Positions 54,885 to 64,000 of a stretch of 64,000 bases of DNA are shown here, one piece after another. This DNA comes from an uncultured bacterium (GTDB lineage Bacteria > Chloroflexota > UBA5177 > JANWHV01), in the NCBI GenBank assembly GCA_963729625.1, contig CAVSOU010000007.1, forward strand, positions 64,001 to 128,000, in the 5' to 3' direction. The notes under the pieces were generated by a model. It was not told where the DNA came from. It did not search any database and saw only the letters and a list, made by a program, of their open reading frames with translations. Position 1 is the first letter of the stretch. Each line of letters opens with the position of its first letter. A program made the position numbers and the translations under genes.

Positions 54885-55511
54885 TCAGCCGACGTGCTGG
54901 GCAGGCTGTCCTATTTTGCGCTCGGTCCCCGCCAGCAACCGCTGAATATTGTCGGAGTGTCGGAAGATTATGAGCAGCGCTCCGGCGACGGTGTAGATCA
55001 GTACCCAGGGCGAATAGAGTCCAAGTACGACGAGCGGAATTGCCGCGACCATGGCGATGATCGCTCCGATGAGAACGCCAAACGATACCATCCTGCTGAC
55101 GACAATCAGCGTAACCCCGATGCAGGTGGCAACCAACGCCGCAGGCCAGCACAGCACAAAGAAGATTGCGAAGCTCACCAGGACTCCCCTGCCGCCTCGG
55201 AAACCCGCGTACACCGGCCAGTTGTGGCCAACCGCGGCGGCGAATCCGGCGAGCGCCGCCGCGGAGGCTGTATCGGCCAGTACGTGAGCGATGAGAATCG
55301 CCAGCAACCCTTTTCCAGCATCGCACAGCACCACGAGTACCGCAGGACCGTAACCCAACGTCCGCAGCGCGTTCGTCGCACCTGTTTTCCCGCTGCCAAA
55401 TTCGCGCAAGTCGACACCCTTGACGATCTTGCCCACGATCAGCCCGCTCGGAAAGGCGCCGAGCATATAGCCTATGCCGATCGACAGCACGTACGCGGCT
55501 ATTGCGCTCAC
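54885..55511 (-). CDS. plsY: Glycerol-3-phosphate acyltransferase PlsY
   Basis: GSGKTGATN, DAGKG, GHNWP..FRGGRG and RHSDNIQRL. Confidence 0.95.
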   Translation of the reverse strand: MSAIAAYVLSIGIGYMLGAFPSGLIVGKIVKGVDLREFGSGKTGATNALRTLGYGPAVLVVLCDAGKGLLAILIAHVLADTASAAALAGFAAAVGHNWPVYAGFRGGRGVLVSFAIFFVLCWPAALVATCIGVTLIVVSRMVSFGVLIGAIIAMVAAIPLVVLGLYSPWVLIYTVAGALLIIFRHSDNIQRLLAGTERKIGQPAQHVG

Positions 55512-55550
55512 TGTGTCACCTCCCGTTCCCAGCAGAGGCTGCTCGGAGAG

Positions 55551-57038
55551 CTATGCCTTGGGCGCCGGTCGCTTCACACGTACCAGAGTTCTGGACCCCA
55601 AACGCTTGCCTCTTTCGCCTTTCGCCCTTCCGCCGGCCTTCGCGGGGCCTCGCTTCTCAACCGCCGCCCTCATGGTGCGCGGCGGGCTGACTCTCGGTAT
55701 TGCCACCGCATCGGCGGGCACTTCTCGCGACGATCTGAAATAGAGCCGTAGCGCGGTTCCTGCGAGCTTGAAGCTCGCGCGAAGCTGATTCTCTAGAAAC
55801 CGCCGATACGAAAAGTGCACAATCTCTGGATCGTTAACAAAGAAGACGAACGTAGGCGGGTCCGCCCTGACCTGGGTCACATAGCGAAGCTTGAGCATCT
55901 TGCCGCTGTGACTCATAGGTTGGTGCTTGCTCAGCGCATCCTGTATCACTCGGTTCAGCTCACCCGTAGGAACGCGCAGGCTTCGGACATCCTTCACATC
56001 GAGTGCGAGGTCTAGTATGCGGCGGACACGCTGCCTGGTCAATGCGGATGTGAAAAGTATGGGCACGTCGTGTACAAAGTGCAGTTGACGGTGGATCTTC
56101 TTCGTATAATCTGCCACGGAGTGGTCGTCCTTGGGCACGACAAGATCCCACTTGTTGACGACGACAACCAGGCCCTTGCCAGCCTCCCACACGTATCCGG
56201 CGATGTGGGCATCCTGCGAAGCGATCGGCTCAGTTGCGTCGATCACGAGCACTGCTACATCCGAGCGGCTGATCGCCCGCATTGCGCGCATCACGCTGTA
56301 GCGCTCGACCCCGCCTTCGATGTGACCCCGCTTTCGAATGCCGGCGGTGTCGACGAGAATAAGCTGTCGATCGGCATGCGCCACCAACGTATCGGTCGAA
56401 TCTCGCGTGGTACCTGGAATGTCGGATACCAGTGCGCGATCTTCTTGCAGAATGGCGTTCAGGAGACTCGACTTGCCCACGTTCGGCCTGCCGACAAGCG
56501 TGATTCGCGGCACGTGGTCCGGCTCGGGCTCTTCAACCTTCGGCAGGTGGCCGGCGATTGCATCCAGCAAGTCACCCGTGTTGAGGCCGTTGAGTCCGGA
56601 AATCGCTATCGGCTCGCCCAGTCCGAGCGCATAGAACTCCGCGGCGTCCAGGCGCCGCGTTTCATTCTCCGCCTTGCTCGCGGCCACGATGACCGGCTGC
56701 TTGGACAAGCGTAATTGATCGGCAACGTCATGGTCCATGGCGGTCAGACCGGAGCGCGCATCGACCATCAGAACGATCACGTCGGCCTCCTCTATGGCCA
56801 TTTCGGCCTGTCGGCGGATGTCGCGTGCCATATCGCTGGCGGCAGAGAAGTCTATCCCGCCCGTGTCGACCACCATGAATGGTTTGTCGTTCCACACGGC
56901 CGCACCGTAGACGCGATCTCTGGTGGTTCCAGGCTCATCCTCGACAATCGCCTGTGGGCGCCCCACGAGGCGGTTGAAGAGCGTAGACTTGCCCACATTC
57001 GGCCGGCCCACGAGGGCTACGATCGGCAGTCCACTCAT
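55551..57038 (-). CDS. der: Ribosome biogenesis GTPase Der
   Basis: Two GRPNVGKS G-domains, DTGG/DTAG, and a KH-like C-terminal domain. Confidence 0.98.
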   Translation of the reverse strand: MSGLPIVALVGRPNVGKSTLFNRLVGRPQAIVEDEPGTTRDRVYGAAVWNDKPFMVVDTGGIDFSAASDMARDIRRQAEMAIEEADVIVLMVDARSGLTAMDHDVADQLRLSKQPVIVAASKAENETRRLDAAEFYALGLGEPIAISGLNGLNTGDLLDAIAGHLPKVEEPEPDHVPRITLVGRPNVGKSSLLNAILQEDRALVSDIPGTTRDSTDTLVAHADRQLILVDTAGIRKRGHIEGGVERYSVMRAMRAISRSDVAVLVIDATEPIASQDAHIAGYVWEAGKGLVVVVNKWDLVVPKDDHSVADYTKKIHRQLHFVHDVPILFTSALTRQRVRRILDLALDVKDVRSLRVPTGELNRVIQDALSKHQPMSHSGKMLKLRYVTQVRADPPTFVFFVNDPEIVHFSYRRFLENQLRASFKLAGTALRLYFRSSREVPADAVAIPRVSPPRTMRAAVEKRGPAKAGGRAKGERGKRLGSRTLVRVKRPAPKA

Positions 57039-58387
57039 GCAACCAACCTTTCGACATCTTGCACGCCCCGCGCGAGGCGCACCGGACGGTGCAGGAGATT
57101 CTCGAGCATGCTGACACTCATGTCGTCGAGCGTCACCTCGCCGGCTAGATCGAACATCACGCGCGGCAGTACCACTGTGTCGCCCAAACGCTCCCGCGCG
57201 AGGCGCTCGATCAGATCTCCCCCAGTGATCAGGCCAGACACCGTCACCTCCGCGCCGAACACCCGGTTCTCGATCGGAACGAGATCTACTCTCAAATTCT
57301 CTACCTCGTTGAGTCTTCGCGCAACCCCAAGCAGCACCGGGGCAATCAATTGCCCGCACGCGAGAGTTAAGTGGCGAGGCGCAGGGAGCGCCGGAGGCAG
57401 ACGGCGCTTCAGTCCGTGCCAGTCATCGACCAGAACGCGGACCATGCCCACCCCGTTTTCAAGCTGCGACAGATCCATGTAGTGCGCGCGTCCAGGTACC
57501 CGCATGCCCGCCAGGAGGTAGAATTCGTCCGCGAGATAGACTACCGGCTCTCCAAGCACGTCCTTGTTGCGTCGCTGATACGGCTGCACGGCGCGGACGA
57601 CGCCGCGAGCCTCACCGGCGCTGAAGCGTCGCAACGGGTTCTTCGACGATGCCGTTCGCTCCGTCCGCACCCGTGTCAGGCCGACGGGAACCACCGCTAC
57701 TGACCGCACGTGCGGATAGCGGTCAAGCAACTCCTCCACGCTTGCATGCAGGTCCTGGCCGTCGTTAATTCCCGGACACAGCACTATTTGCGTATGCACG
57801 ACGATGCCGAGCGCCGCGAGTCTGTCGAGCTGTTCGCGTATATCGGGAGCATGGCGGTTCCCCAGCAGCTTGCGGCGCAGCTCCGGATTCGTGCTATGCA
57901 CAGAGACATAGAGCGGCGAAAGGCGCTGTTCCGCGATGCGCGACCAGTCATCTTCAGACAAGTTGGTCAGTGTGACGAAGCTCGCGTTCAAGAAAGAGAA
58001 GCGATAGTCGTCGTCCTTGATGTGCAGAGAGGAGCGCATTCCCTTCGGAAGTTGGGTCACGAAGCAGAATGGGCAGTGGTTATTGCACTCAGAGATGTCT
58101 TCGAGTGTCAGCTCGGGCAGCTCAATGCCAAGATCGACATCCGGGTGCTTGCGAAGCCGCACGTCCTGGAGCGCACCCTCACGCCTGATTCGCAGGACGA
58201 GGCGATCCTCGGAGCTATAGAAGCGATAGTCGATGGGATCGCGCAAGGGGTGGCCGTTTATCGAGAGCACGACGTCACCCACCAGTAGCCCGGCCTCAGC
58301 CGCGAGGCTGTTCGACGAAACTGCCAGAATCGTGCCCGGATGCTCCGCCCGCCGCGCGAGCGAGTTGACGAGAGGTACCAGAGACAT
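57035..58387 (-). CDS. DUF512/PDZ-containing radical-SAM-like Fe-S protein
   Basis: CNNHCPFC, KDDDYR.SF, VPVGLT and QLENGVG. Confidence 0.9.
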   Translation of the reverse strand: MSLVPLVNSLARRAEHPGTILAVSSNSLAAEAGLLVGDVVLSINGHPLRDPIDYRFYSSEDRLVLRIRREGALQDVRLRKHPDVDLGIELPELTLEDISECNNHCPFCFVTQLPKGMRSSLHIKDDDYRFSFLNASFVTLTNLSEDDWSRIAEQRLSPLYVSVHSTNPELRRKLLGNRHAPDIREQLDRLAALGIVVHTQIVLCPGINDGQDLHASVEELLDRYPHVRSVAVVPVGLTRVRTERTASSKNPLRRFSAGEARGVVRAVQPYQRRNKDVLGEPVVYLADEFYLLAGMRVPGRAHYMDLSQLENGVGMVRVLVDDWHGLKRRLPPALPAPRHLTLACGQLIAPVLLGVARRLNEVENLRVDLVPIENRVFGAEVTVSGLITGGDLIERLARERLGDTVVLPRVMFDLAGEVTLDDMSVSMLENLLHRPVRLARGVQDVERLVA

Positions 58388-58513
58388 GCTTACACCCGGC
58401 CCGCGATCATGATATGCTGAGATCAGACGAAAACGCGCCTGCGAGGGCACGGTTCGAGCCCCAACACCAGGCGCCAGTAGCTAGTATACCAGTCGCCGCG
58501 TGCATGTCGAAAC

Positions 58514-58759
58514 ATGATGCTGCGCGCCTTGTGGGTGTCCTTCGAGGAGGATGAAGCGGTGCTGAAGGGGTTCTTGGGACAGGCAGTCGGGGTCATCTCC
58601 ATACCGCTATGGCTGGGCGGCTCCGTATACTTCATGTCACGCGCGGCGGACCCCACTGCCACCGATACCGGCAACTGGTTTGCCTGCTTCATCGTTGCTA
58701 CCGTCGTGTTCCTCGGCATCATGGCATTCTGGAACCGGGTGTTCCGCGAGGAAAGCTGA
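58514..58759 (+). CDS. Small two-TM membrane protein
   Basis: Two hydrophobic helices; fills the gap between two minus-strand genes. Confidence 0.6.
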   Translation: MMLRALWVSFEEDEAVLKGFLGQAVGVISIPLWLGGSVYFMSRAADPTATDTGNWFACFIVATVVFLGIMAFWNRVFREES

Positions 58760-58779
58760 GGGTTAGTGCAACCCTCGGT

Positions 58780-59442
58780 TCATGCGTCAGACGCATAGAC
58801 GCCATGGTAGGCGGGCGGCAACAGGGCGATGATCTTCCGCATTACCATATCCGCGGCCAGCTTCTTGGCCGCCCCGTGACTGCGCTCGCCCAAATAGATA
58901 GGCTCCCCCACATTCACGTGAAATTCCGGACGGGAGGCCAGCCGTCGCAGGAATCTGGGCAAGGGCTGCTTCAGGCGCAGATTCTCTGTGCCTGAGATAC
59001 CCACTGGCAGGATCGGGGAGTTGGTGCGGGTCGCGAGAAGCACCGCCCCGGCGCGTGCAGCCTGAGCGCCCCCGTAGTCGCTCCGGTGCCCTTCCGGGAA
59101 GACCATCACGACCTTGCCTTCAAGCAACAGCGACTCAGCACGCTTGATCGCGGTGCGGTCGACCTCCCCGCGGCGTACTGGGAACGTGCCGGCCTGGGTC
59201 AAATACCAGCCGAGCGGCGTGATCTTGAACAGCTCCTCTTTGGCCATGAAATGCAGTTGCCGGGGAAATAGCACGCCAAGAAGCCAGGGATCGAGCATAC
59301 TGAGGTGGTTGCAGGCGAGGACGACGCCTCCCGTTGCCGGCATCCTGCCTGTTCCCGTTGCCTGTGTGCGCGAGATCGTTGTGAACAGGATGCGCAAAGG
59401 CAGGCGGTGTCCATCGTAAAAGGAATTGACTTCGGCCGTCAC
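58780..59442 (-). CDS. plsC: 1-acyl-sn-glycerol-3-phosphate acyltransferase
   Basis: NHLSMLD, FMAKEELF and FPEG. Confidence 0.92.
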   Translation of the reverse strand: MTAEVNSFYDGHRLPLRILFTTISRTQATGTGRMPATGGVVLACNHLSMLDPWLLGVLFPRQLHFMAKEELFKITPLGWYLTQAGTFPVRRGEVDRTAIKRAESLLLEGKVVMVFPEGHRSDYGGAQAARAGAVLLATRTNSPILPVGISGTENLRLKQPLPRFLRRLASRPEFHVNVGEPIYLGERSHGAAKKLAADMVMRKIIALLPPAYHGVYASDA

Positions 59443-60137
59443 GATACCTTCTCCGCCAGACGCTCTCGAACAATGCCGAGCACCAGGGCCACGGCCCGCC
59501 CCAAATCGTATCCCGTCGTGTCTACCAGTATGGCATCCTCCGCCGGACGGAGGGGCGACAGCGTCCTCTCGGTATCCAGCTTGTCCCGGCGCTTCAGATC
59601 GGCAAGAGTCGCCTCGAACGATGCCTCAAGGCCCATTGCCAGGCGCTCCTCAAAGCGCCGCCGAGCGCGATCCTCGACGCTGGCCGAGAGATAGATCTTG
59701 ACGTCGGCGTCGGGCGCAACCACGGTACCGATGTCGCGCCCGACCATCACGGTAGAACGCTCCTGCCGGATTTGGCGCTGCTGCGCCACCATGATCTCCC
59801 GAACTTCACCGTAACTCGAGATGAGAGAGACCATTTTATCGACAATCGGCGTCCGCAGCCGATCGGTTATATCGGCGCCGTCGGCCAGGAGCGGCGGGTT
59901 CACCGCCTGCGCCGTCGCCAGGGTCGGGAAGCTGAACGTAACCGATCGTGCTATCTCCGTCACGCCAGGCACGTCTGCCGGATCTATGCCCAGATCAAGA
60001 ACGAGACTGGTCACGCCGCGGTACATCGCCCCTGTGTCCAGATACAGGTATCCCAATGTCGCCGCCAGGTGCTTCCCTATCGTCGATTTGCCCGACGCCA
60101 CGGGCCCGTCGATAGCGATGCATACGCTCCGTGTCAC
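59439..60137 (-). CDS. cmk: Cytidylate kinase
   Basis: IAIDGPVASGKST, LDTGAMYR, GRDIGT and RRD..D. Confidence 0.96.
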   Translation of the reverse strand: MTRSVCIAIDGPVASGKSTIGKHLAATLGYLYLDTGAMYRGVTSLVLDLGIDPADVPGVTEIARSVTFSFPTLATAQAVNPPLLADGADITDRLRTPIVDKMVSLISSYGEVREIMVAQQRQIRQERSTVMVGRDIGTVVAPDADVKIYLSASVEDRARRRFEERLAMGLEASFEATLADLKRRDKLDTERTLSPLRPAEDAILVDTTGYDLGRAVALVLGIVRERLAEKVS

Positions 60138-60930
60138 TCGCCGCTGCCTCCAAGTCCCTGTCTTCTCCCATTTGCCTGTGTCCGATGGGCCAAGCTGAGG
60201 CGGCACGATGCCTGCGCCCCCGATTCGAAACGAGTGACTTGACCTCCTGAACGTCGAGATTTCTCCAGTGCCCGAGCGCCAACCAGCCCAATAGCACGGG
60301 TCCGATCCTGCGCCGTACCAGGTGCTTCACGCGCATTCCGGCCGACGCGCAGAGCATCCGCACTTCACGCTTTCGCCCTTCGAGCATCACGATTGTCATG
60401 GTGGCGGTCAAACCCGTCTGGTCGGTCAGTAGCACTGTGAGCGGTCGAGCCGGCTTGCCCTCCAGCATGATACCGTCGCGCAGCGCCGCCAGATCCTCGG
60501 GCCAGACAGGACCGGCCACTTGAACTTCGTATTCCCGCTCGACCTCATATCGCGGGTGCGCAACCTGCTCCGCCCACGAGCCATCGGTCGTCAGCAACAG
60601 GATGCCTTCAGTCTCGCGATCGAGCCGCCCTACGGTGAAGAGTCCGGGAATCTCCGGAACCAGCTCATAGACAGTCGGGCGACCCTCTGGGTCGTGACGT
60701 GTCGTCACGTACCCCGCGGGCTTGTGCAACATGATGTACGTATGCGTTGCTGCCCTGACGATCGGCCGGCCATCGACGGCGACAACCGCCGAATCCGGAT
60801 CCGCTCGTGTGCCGAGCTCGGTTACTACCACGCCGTCGACGCTCACGCGACCCGAGAGAATCAGCCACTCCGACGCTCGACGCGAGGCAACACCACCTCG
60901 TGCAAGTATCTTCTGCAGTCGCTCTTCCAC
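59995..60930 (-). CDS. rRNA pseudouridine synthase (RluB/RsuA family)
   Basis: ERLQKILA S4 domain, HKPAG, VGRLD.ETEG and EGRKREVR; C-terminal tail overlaps cmk. Confidence 0.93.
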   Translation of the reverse strand: MEERLQKILARGGVASRRASEWLILSGRVSVDGVVVTELGTRADPDSAVVAVDGRPIVRAATHTYIMLHKPAGYVTTRHDPEGRPTVYELVPEIPGLFTVGRLDRETEGILLLTTDGSWAEQVAHPRYEVEREYEVQVAGPVWPEDLAALRDGIMLEGKPARPLTVLLTDQTGLTATMTIVMLEGRKREVRMLCASAGMRVKHLVRRRIGPVLLGWLALGHWRNLDVQEVKSLVSNRGRRHRAASAWPIGHRQMGEDRDLEAAASDTERMHRYRRARGVGQIDDREAPGGDIGIPVSGHRGDVPRRDQSRS

Positions 60931-60978
60931 GTATTCCGGTCCACCTTTTCCGCGAACCACGCATGCCGCGCGGATTGC

Positions 60979-62472
60979 CTACGCCGTGGCGAGATCCAGG
61001 GCAAATTGTACCAGCGTTCGCACGGGATGGCCCGTTGCAAGGCCCTTGGCGTAGTAGTCGCTCTCGGTGTCCGCGAATGCCGTGGGAGCAATATCAAGAT
61101 GCGCCCAAGGGCGGTCACCGGCAAACTCCGCGAGGAACATGGCCGCGGTGATCGCTCCGCCTTCGCGACCGCCGACGTTGCGCATATCAGCACAACTGGT
61201 ATCGAGCAACGTGCGGAAGTCGGGATCCATCGGCAGTGGCCACAGGCGTTCACCTGTGAGCTTCGACGCCGCGAGCAGGCCGTCACGAGTCCGATCGTCG
61301 CTGGAGAAGAGACCGGAGTAATAGGGGCCCAGTGCGATACCGCACGCGCCCGTCAGAGTGGCAGCATCGACAATCGGCGACAGTCCAAGCTCGACCGCGT
61401 AGCTCAGCGCGTCGGCAAGCACGATGCGTCCCTCAGCGTCGGTATTCTGGATTTCGATTGTCTTGCCGTTCATCGCGCGCAGGATATCACCCGGGCGATA
61501 GGCTGCGCCGTCCGGCATGTTCTCGGCGGTCGCAACCAAAACGGTCACGTTGAGCACGGGCTCGATGTCGGCAATCGCGTGCATCGCACCCAGCATCGCT
61601 CCCGCGCCTGCCATGTCTGTTTTCATAATGTGCATGTCCGCCCCGGGCTTCAGGGAGATGCCTCCGGTATCGAATGTGATACCCTTCCCCACCAGCCCAA
61701 GAGTGGGATGCTTTCCCTCGGGATCGCCCCTGTAATGCAACGCGATAAGCCGCGGTGGGGTTGCACTGCCCGAGCCCACGGCGAGGAGCGCGTTCATGCC
61801 GCGGCGCCGCAGTTCTTCGGGTTCAAATACCTCAATCTGCAGACCCTTATCAGCCGCAAGGATCCCTGCCCTGTGCGCAAGTACTGCAGGATTGAGTACG
61901 TTGGGCGGTTCATTGACGAGGTCTCGTGCGTAGTTGGTACCGGCCATCATCGCCTCCGCAACACGGATCACCGGTCCAAGGTCGGTCTCGGCGGGGCCGA
62001 ACAGCGTGACCTGCTCGAGGCGAAGGAGCGGCCGTTCTGAGCTGAAGTATGAATCAAAGCTATATGCCGCAAGCAGCAGGCCCTCCGTCGCAGCCCGGGC
62101 TGCTTCCTCGGCCGTCACCGTGCCGTTTGCCGCGATTTCTATTCCGACGGATGAATGGCCCGCATGTCGCAGCAGCTTCGTCGCCTTGCCCATTGCTCGG
62201 CGGACGGTCTCCGCACTGCATCGCGCCCGCTTGCCAAGTCCTGCAATGACGACGCGCTCCGTGGGCAGTGTGCCAAGGGTCAGTATCGAAGTGACCTCAC
62301 CCGCCGAGCCCTTAAGCTCTTTTCGCCCGACCATTGCCGAGATCGCGCCGCGAAGCGCCGCGTCAAGTTGAGCCACTGGCGCGGACAGCGGCTCATCTTC
62401 GAAGTGAAACACTACTATTGCGTCGAGCGCGGCATGCACGATGGCGCCGCCTTGCTGAGTGTCAATGCGCAC
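60979..62472 (-). CDS. pepA: Leucyl aminopeptidase (M17)
   Basis: GKGITFDTGG, MKTDMAG, NTDAEGR, ATLTG and WAHLDIA. Confidence 0.96.
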   Translation of the reverse strand: MRIDTQQGGAIVHAALDAIVVFHFEDEPLSAPVAQLDAALRGAISAMVGRKELKGSAGEVTSILTLGTLPTERVVIAGLGKRARCSAETVRRAMGKATKLLRHAGHSSVGIEIAANGTVTAEEAARAATEGLLLAAYSFDSYFSSERPLLRLEQVTLFGPAETDLGPVIRVAEAMMAGTNYARDLVNEPPNVLNPAVLAHRAGILAADKGLQIEVFEPEELRRRGMNALLAVGSGSATPPRLIALHYRGDPEGKHPTLGLVGKGITFDTGGISLKPGADMHIMKTDMAGAGAMLGAMHAIADIEPVLNVTVLVATAENMPDGAAYRPGDILRAMNGKTIEIQNTDAEGRIVLADALSYAVELGLSPIVDAATLTGACGIALGPYYSGLFSSDDRTRDGLLAASKLTGERLWPLPMDPDFRTLLDTSCADMRNVGGREGGAITAAMFLAEFAGDRPWAHLDIAPTAFADTESDYYAKGLATGHPVRTLVQFALDLATA

Positions 62473-62761
62473 GGATTACGCCTCCCATCCTGAATCTTCG
62501 TGGATCGGCAGTCAAATGCACCTGGAATCGGCCCGGAAGGCCCCGCCACGAGACGCTCCCGCGACCATCCCCGTGCGATCACCGGACTCACTCGCCGGCC
62601 GGTACATGAGGATCCTGCCACGTTCACGGAATCCGGTGCGGGCAAGCCTCGGTACACGTACCTGCCAGGGTAACACATCGCCCAACCCGGTGTCGGGCTG
62701 GCGGGCGGCCGGCGAACGTGCATCACACGGCCGGCGGGGATTGAGGACAGTGTGTCCTCCC

Positions 62762-63409
62762 CTACCGACTGCGCTCGTGTCGAACCAGCAGGCACCCGGT
62801 GTCCACGCCGATTGTAGCGTGCGTGTCGACGAGTTCGTTGCTGATGCCGCGTGTACTGCCTTGCATCAAGGTGTCCCCAGCTAGAGAGTACTTGAGCCCT
62901 GCCGTGACCACACCCGTCACGCAAGATGTCAGCGGCATGAGCGACACGTAGTCTCCCGCCATGCCGTCGATGGTACGTCGACTCCATACCGCAAGAGCCT
63001 CGCCTGACCGGTCCAGCATGCGCACGTCAATCGCCTTCAGAGACGGGAGGGCTAGCAGCATCACGTTCCCAAGCGTGTGATCGAGCCTGGCGCCACCCAG
63101 AGCCCCCAGGACCGTTATCCGCTGAGCGTCGAGCGTCAAGGCGAAGTCAAGAGCAAGCTCAAGGTCCGTCTTGTCCTTGTCGGGCGGATACTCGAGTATT
63201 CGCACGCGGCTGGCGTCAAGCCGCGCCCCGGCTGCAAGGGAAATCGAATCCATGTCCCCGATCACGGCCACGGGAACGATATGCGCGGAAAGCACGACAT
63301 CCGCCCCACCGTCCGCGCAAACAACCAGGTCCGCCGCTCTTGCGGCCCTTGTGAGGTCGCTGAGGTCAACGGGCGCGCTTCCGACAATCAGTATGTGTGG
63401 CACCATCAC
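62762..63409 (-). CDS. thiN: Thiamine diphosphokinase
   Basis: CADGG, GDMDS, KDKTD, GARLDH and GISN. Confidence 0.93.
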   Translation of the reverse strand: MMVPHILIVGSAPVDLSDLTRAARAADLVVCADGGADVVLSAHIVPVAVIGDMDSISLAAGARLDASRVRILEYPPDKDKTDLELALDFALTLDAQRITVLGALGGARLDHTLGNVMLLALPSLKAIDVRMLDRSGEALAVWSRRTIDGMAGDYVSLMPLTSCVTGVVTAGLKYSLAGDTLMQGSTRGISNELVDTHATIGVDTGCLLVRHERSR

Positions 63410-64000
63410 GGCTGTCCGGCGCCATCCGCATCTTCGCGGGGCGCCGTCGCATCTTCCGGCGCCGGCGGCGACTCGGCGCTCTCCGACGCCAACTGCGCGG
63501 GCCGCACTCGCCCCGGCAAGCGCAATCTGCTTCCGATGGCGGCAGCGGCAATTGCCGCGCTTTGACCGGCGCCGACGACAAGCATCTTGCCGGCTCTGCG
63601 AGTGTGCGAGAGCACCGACGGGCTGGCATGACTCCCGCGAAAGGCTCTTCCGGCCAAAGCGCCCGCAAGTAATGTGCTGGATGCACTCAGGGCGGGCCGC
63701 GCTACATACGCTGCCAACTGACCGTAGAGTTTCCCGTATTTGCGACCGTCTCCTCCAGTCGCCAATCGTGATATTCCCGCCTCTGCACCGTCCAGGAGCA
63801 GCGTTGGTACGAGGGTAGACGCCGCGCGCTTGAAAATGGCGGTCTTATCGTCCAGGGATGATCCGGATATCGCCGCGACCGCTACGATCAGCGCCGCCTG
63901 GTGCATGAGAAGCTGAGCAGTGGCCGCGGTCGGGGCCCCCGTCCTGCCTGCTCCCGCGCCCGCGACCGATCCGAGCAGCACGCGAGGATCCTTGGACGCA
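63406..64000 (-). CDS. Partial hypothetical protein (5' end beyond window; weak EcsC/DUF697-like appearance)
   Basis: Frame open to the window edge; Ala-rich amphipathic helices; GTGA overlap with thiN. Confidence 0.5.
   Translation of the reverse strand, partial: ASKDPRVLLGSVAGAGAGRTGAPTAATAQLLMHQAALIVAVAAISGSSLDDKTAIFKRAASTLVPTLLLDGAEAGISRLATGGDGRKYGKLYGQLAAYVARPALSASSTLLAGALAGRAFRGSHASPSVLSHTRRAGKMLVVGAGQSAAIAAAAIGSRLRLPGRVRPAQLASESAESPPAPEDATAPREDADGAGQP

Noticed and set aside
62473-62761. 290-bp gap between thiN and pepA as a possible ncRNA or TPP riboswitch
   Set aside because: No recognisable TPP, SRP, RNase P or 6S motifs, and it lies downstream rather than upstream of thiN.

Overview
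GC-rich bacterial chromosomal segment. The gene order (MBL hydrolase-pyrG-priA-smpB; pepA-rluB-cmk-plsC-DUF512-der-plsY-gpsA; tkt-tal-acpS-nnr-CBS-alr-cvpA) suggests a monoderm, probably Chloroflexota-like organism; this is inference. Housekeeping blocks alternate with accessory genes. A tmRNA (ssrA, 27701-28057, minus strand, tag GNTNTSYALAA) lies in an apparent intergenic gap. I saw no CRISPR array, rRNA, tRNA, integrase or transposase. The most interesting items are: (1) an SbcD/YhaO-like protein that has lost almost all metal ligands, coupled to a membrane-anchored SMC-like YhaN ATPase with degenerate motifs (3168-6418); (2) a cupredoxin, ECF sigma factor and putative anti-sigma factor with an internal twin-arginine motif and a Rieske [2Fe-2S] domain, preceded by an ECF-type promoter (41265-43611), a candidate redox/copper-sensing circuit; (3) a cysteine-free DksA; (4) a candidate attenuator upstream of the pyrG operon; (5) a 6-bp T-stem in the tmRNA; (6) several small ORFs with good expression signals. 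All calls come from reading motifs by eye; no searches were run.
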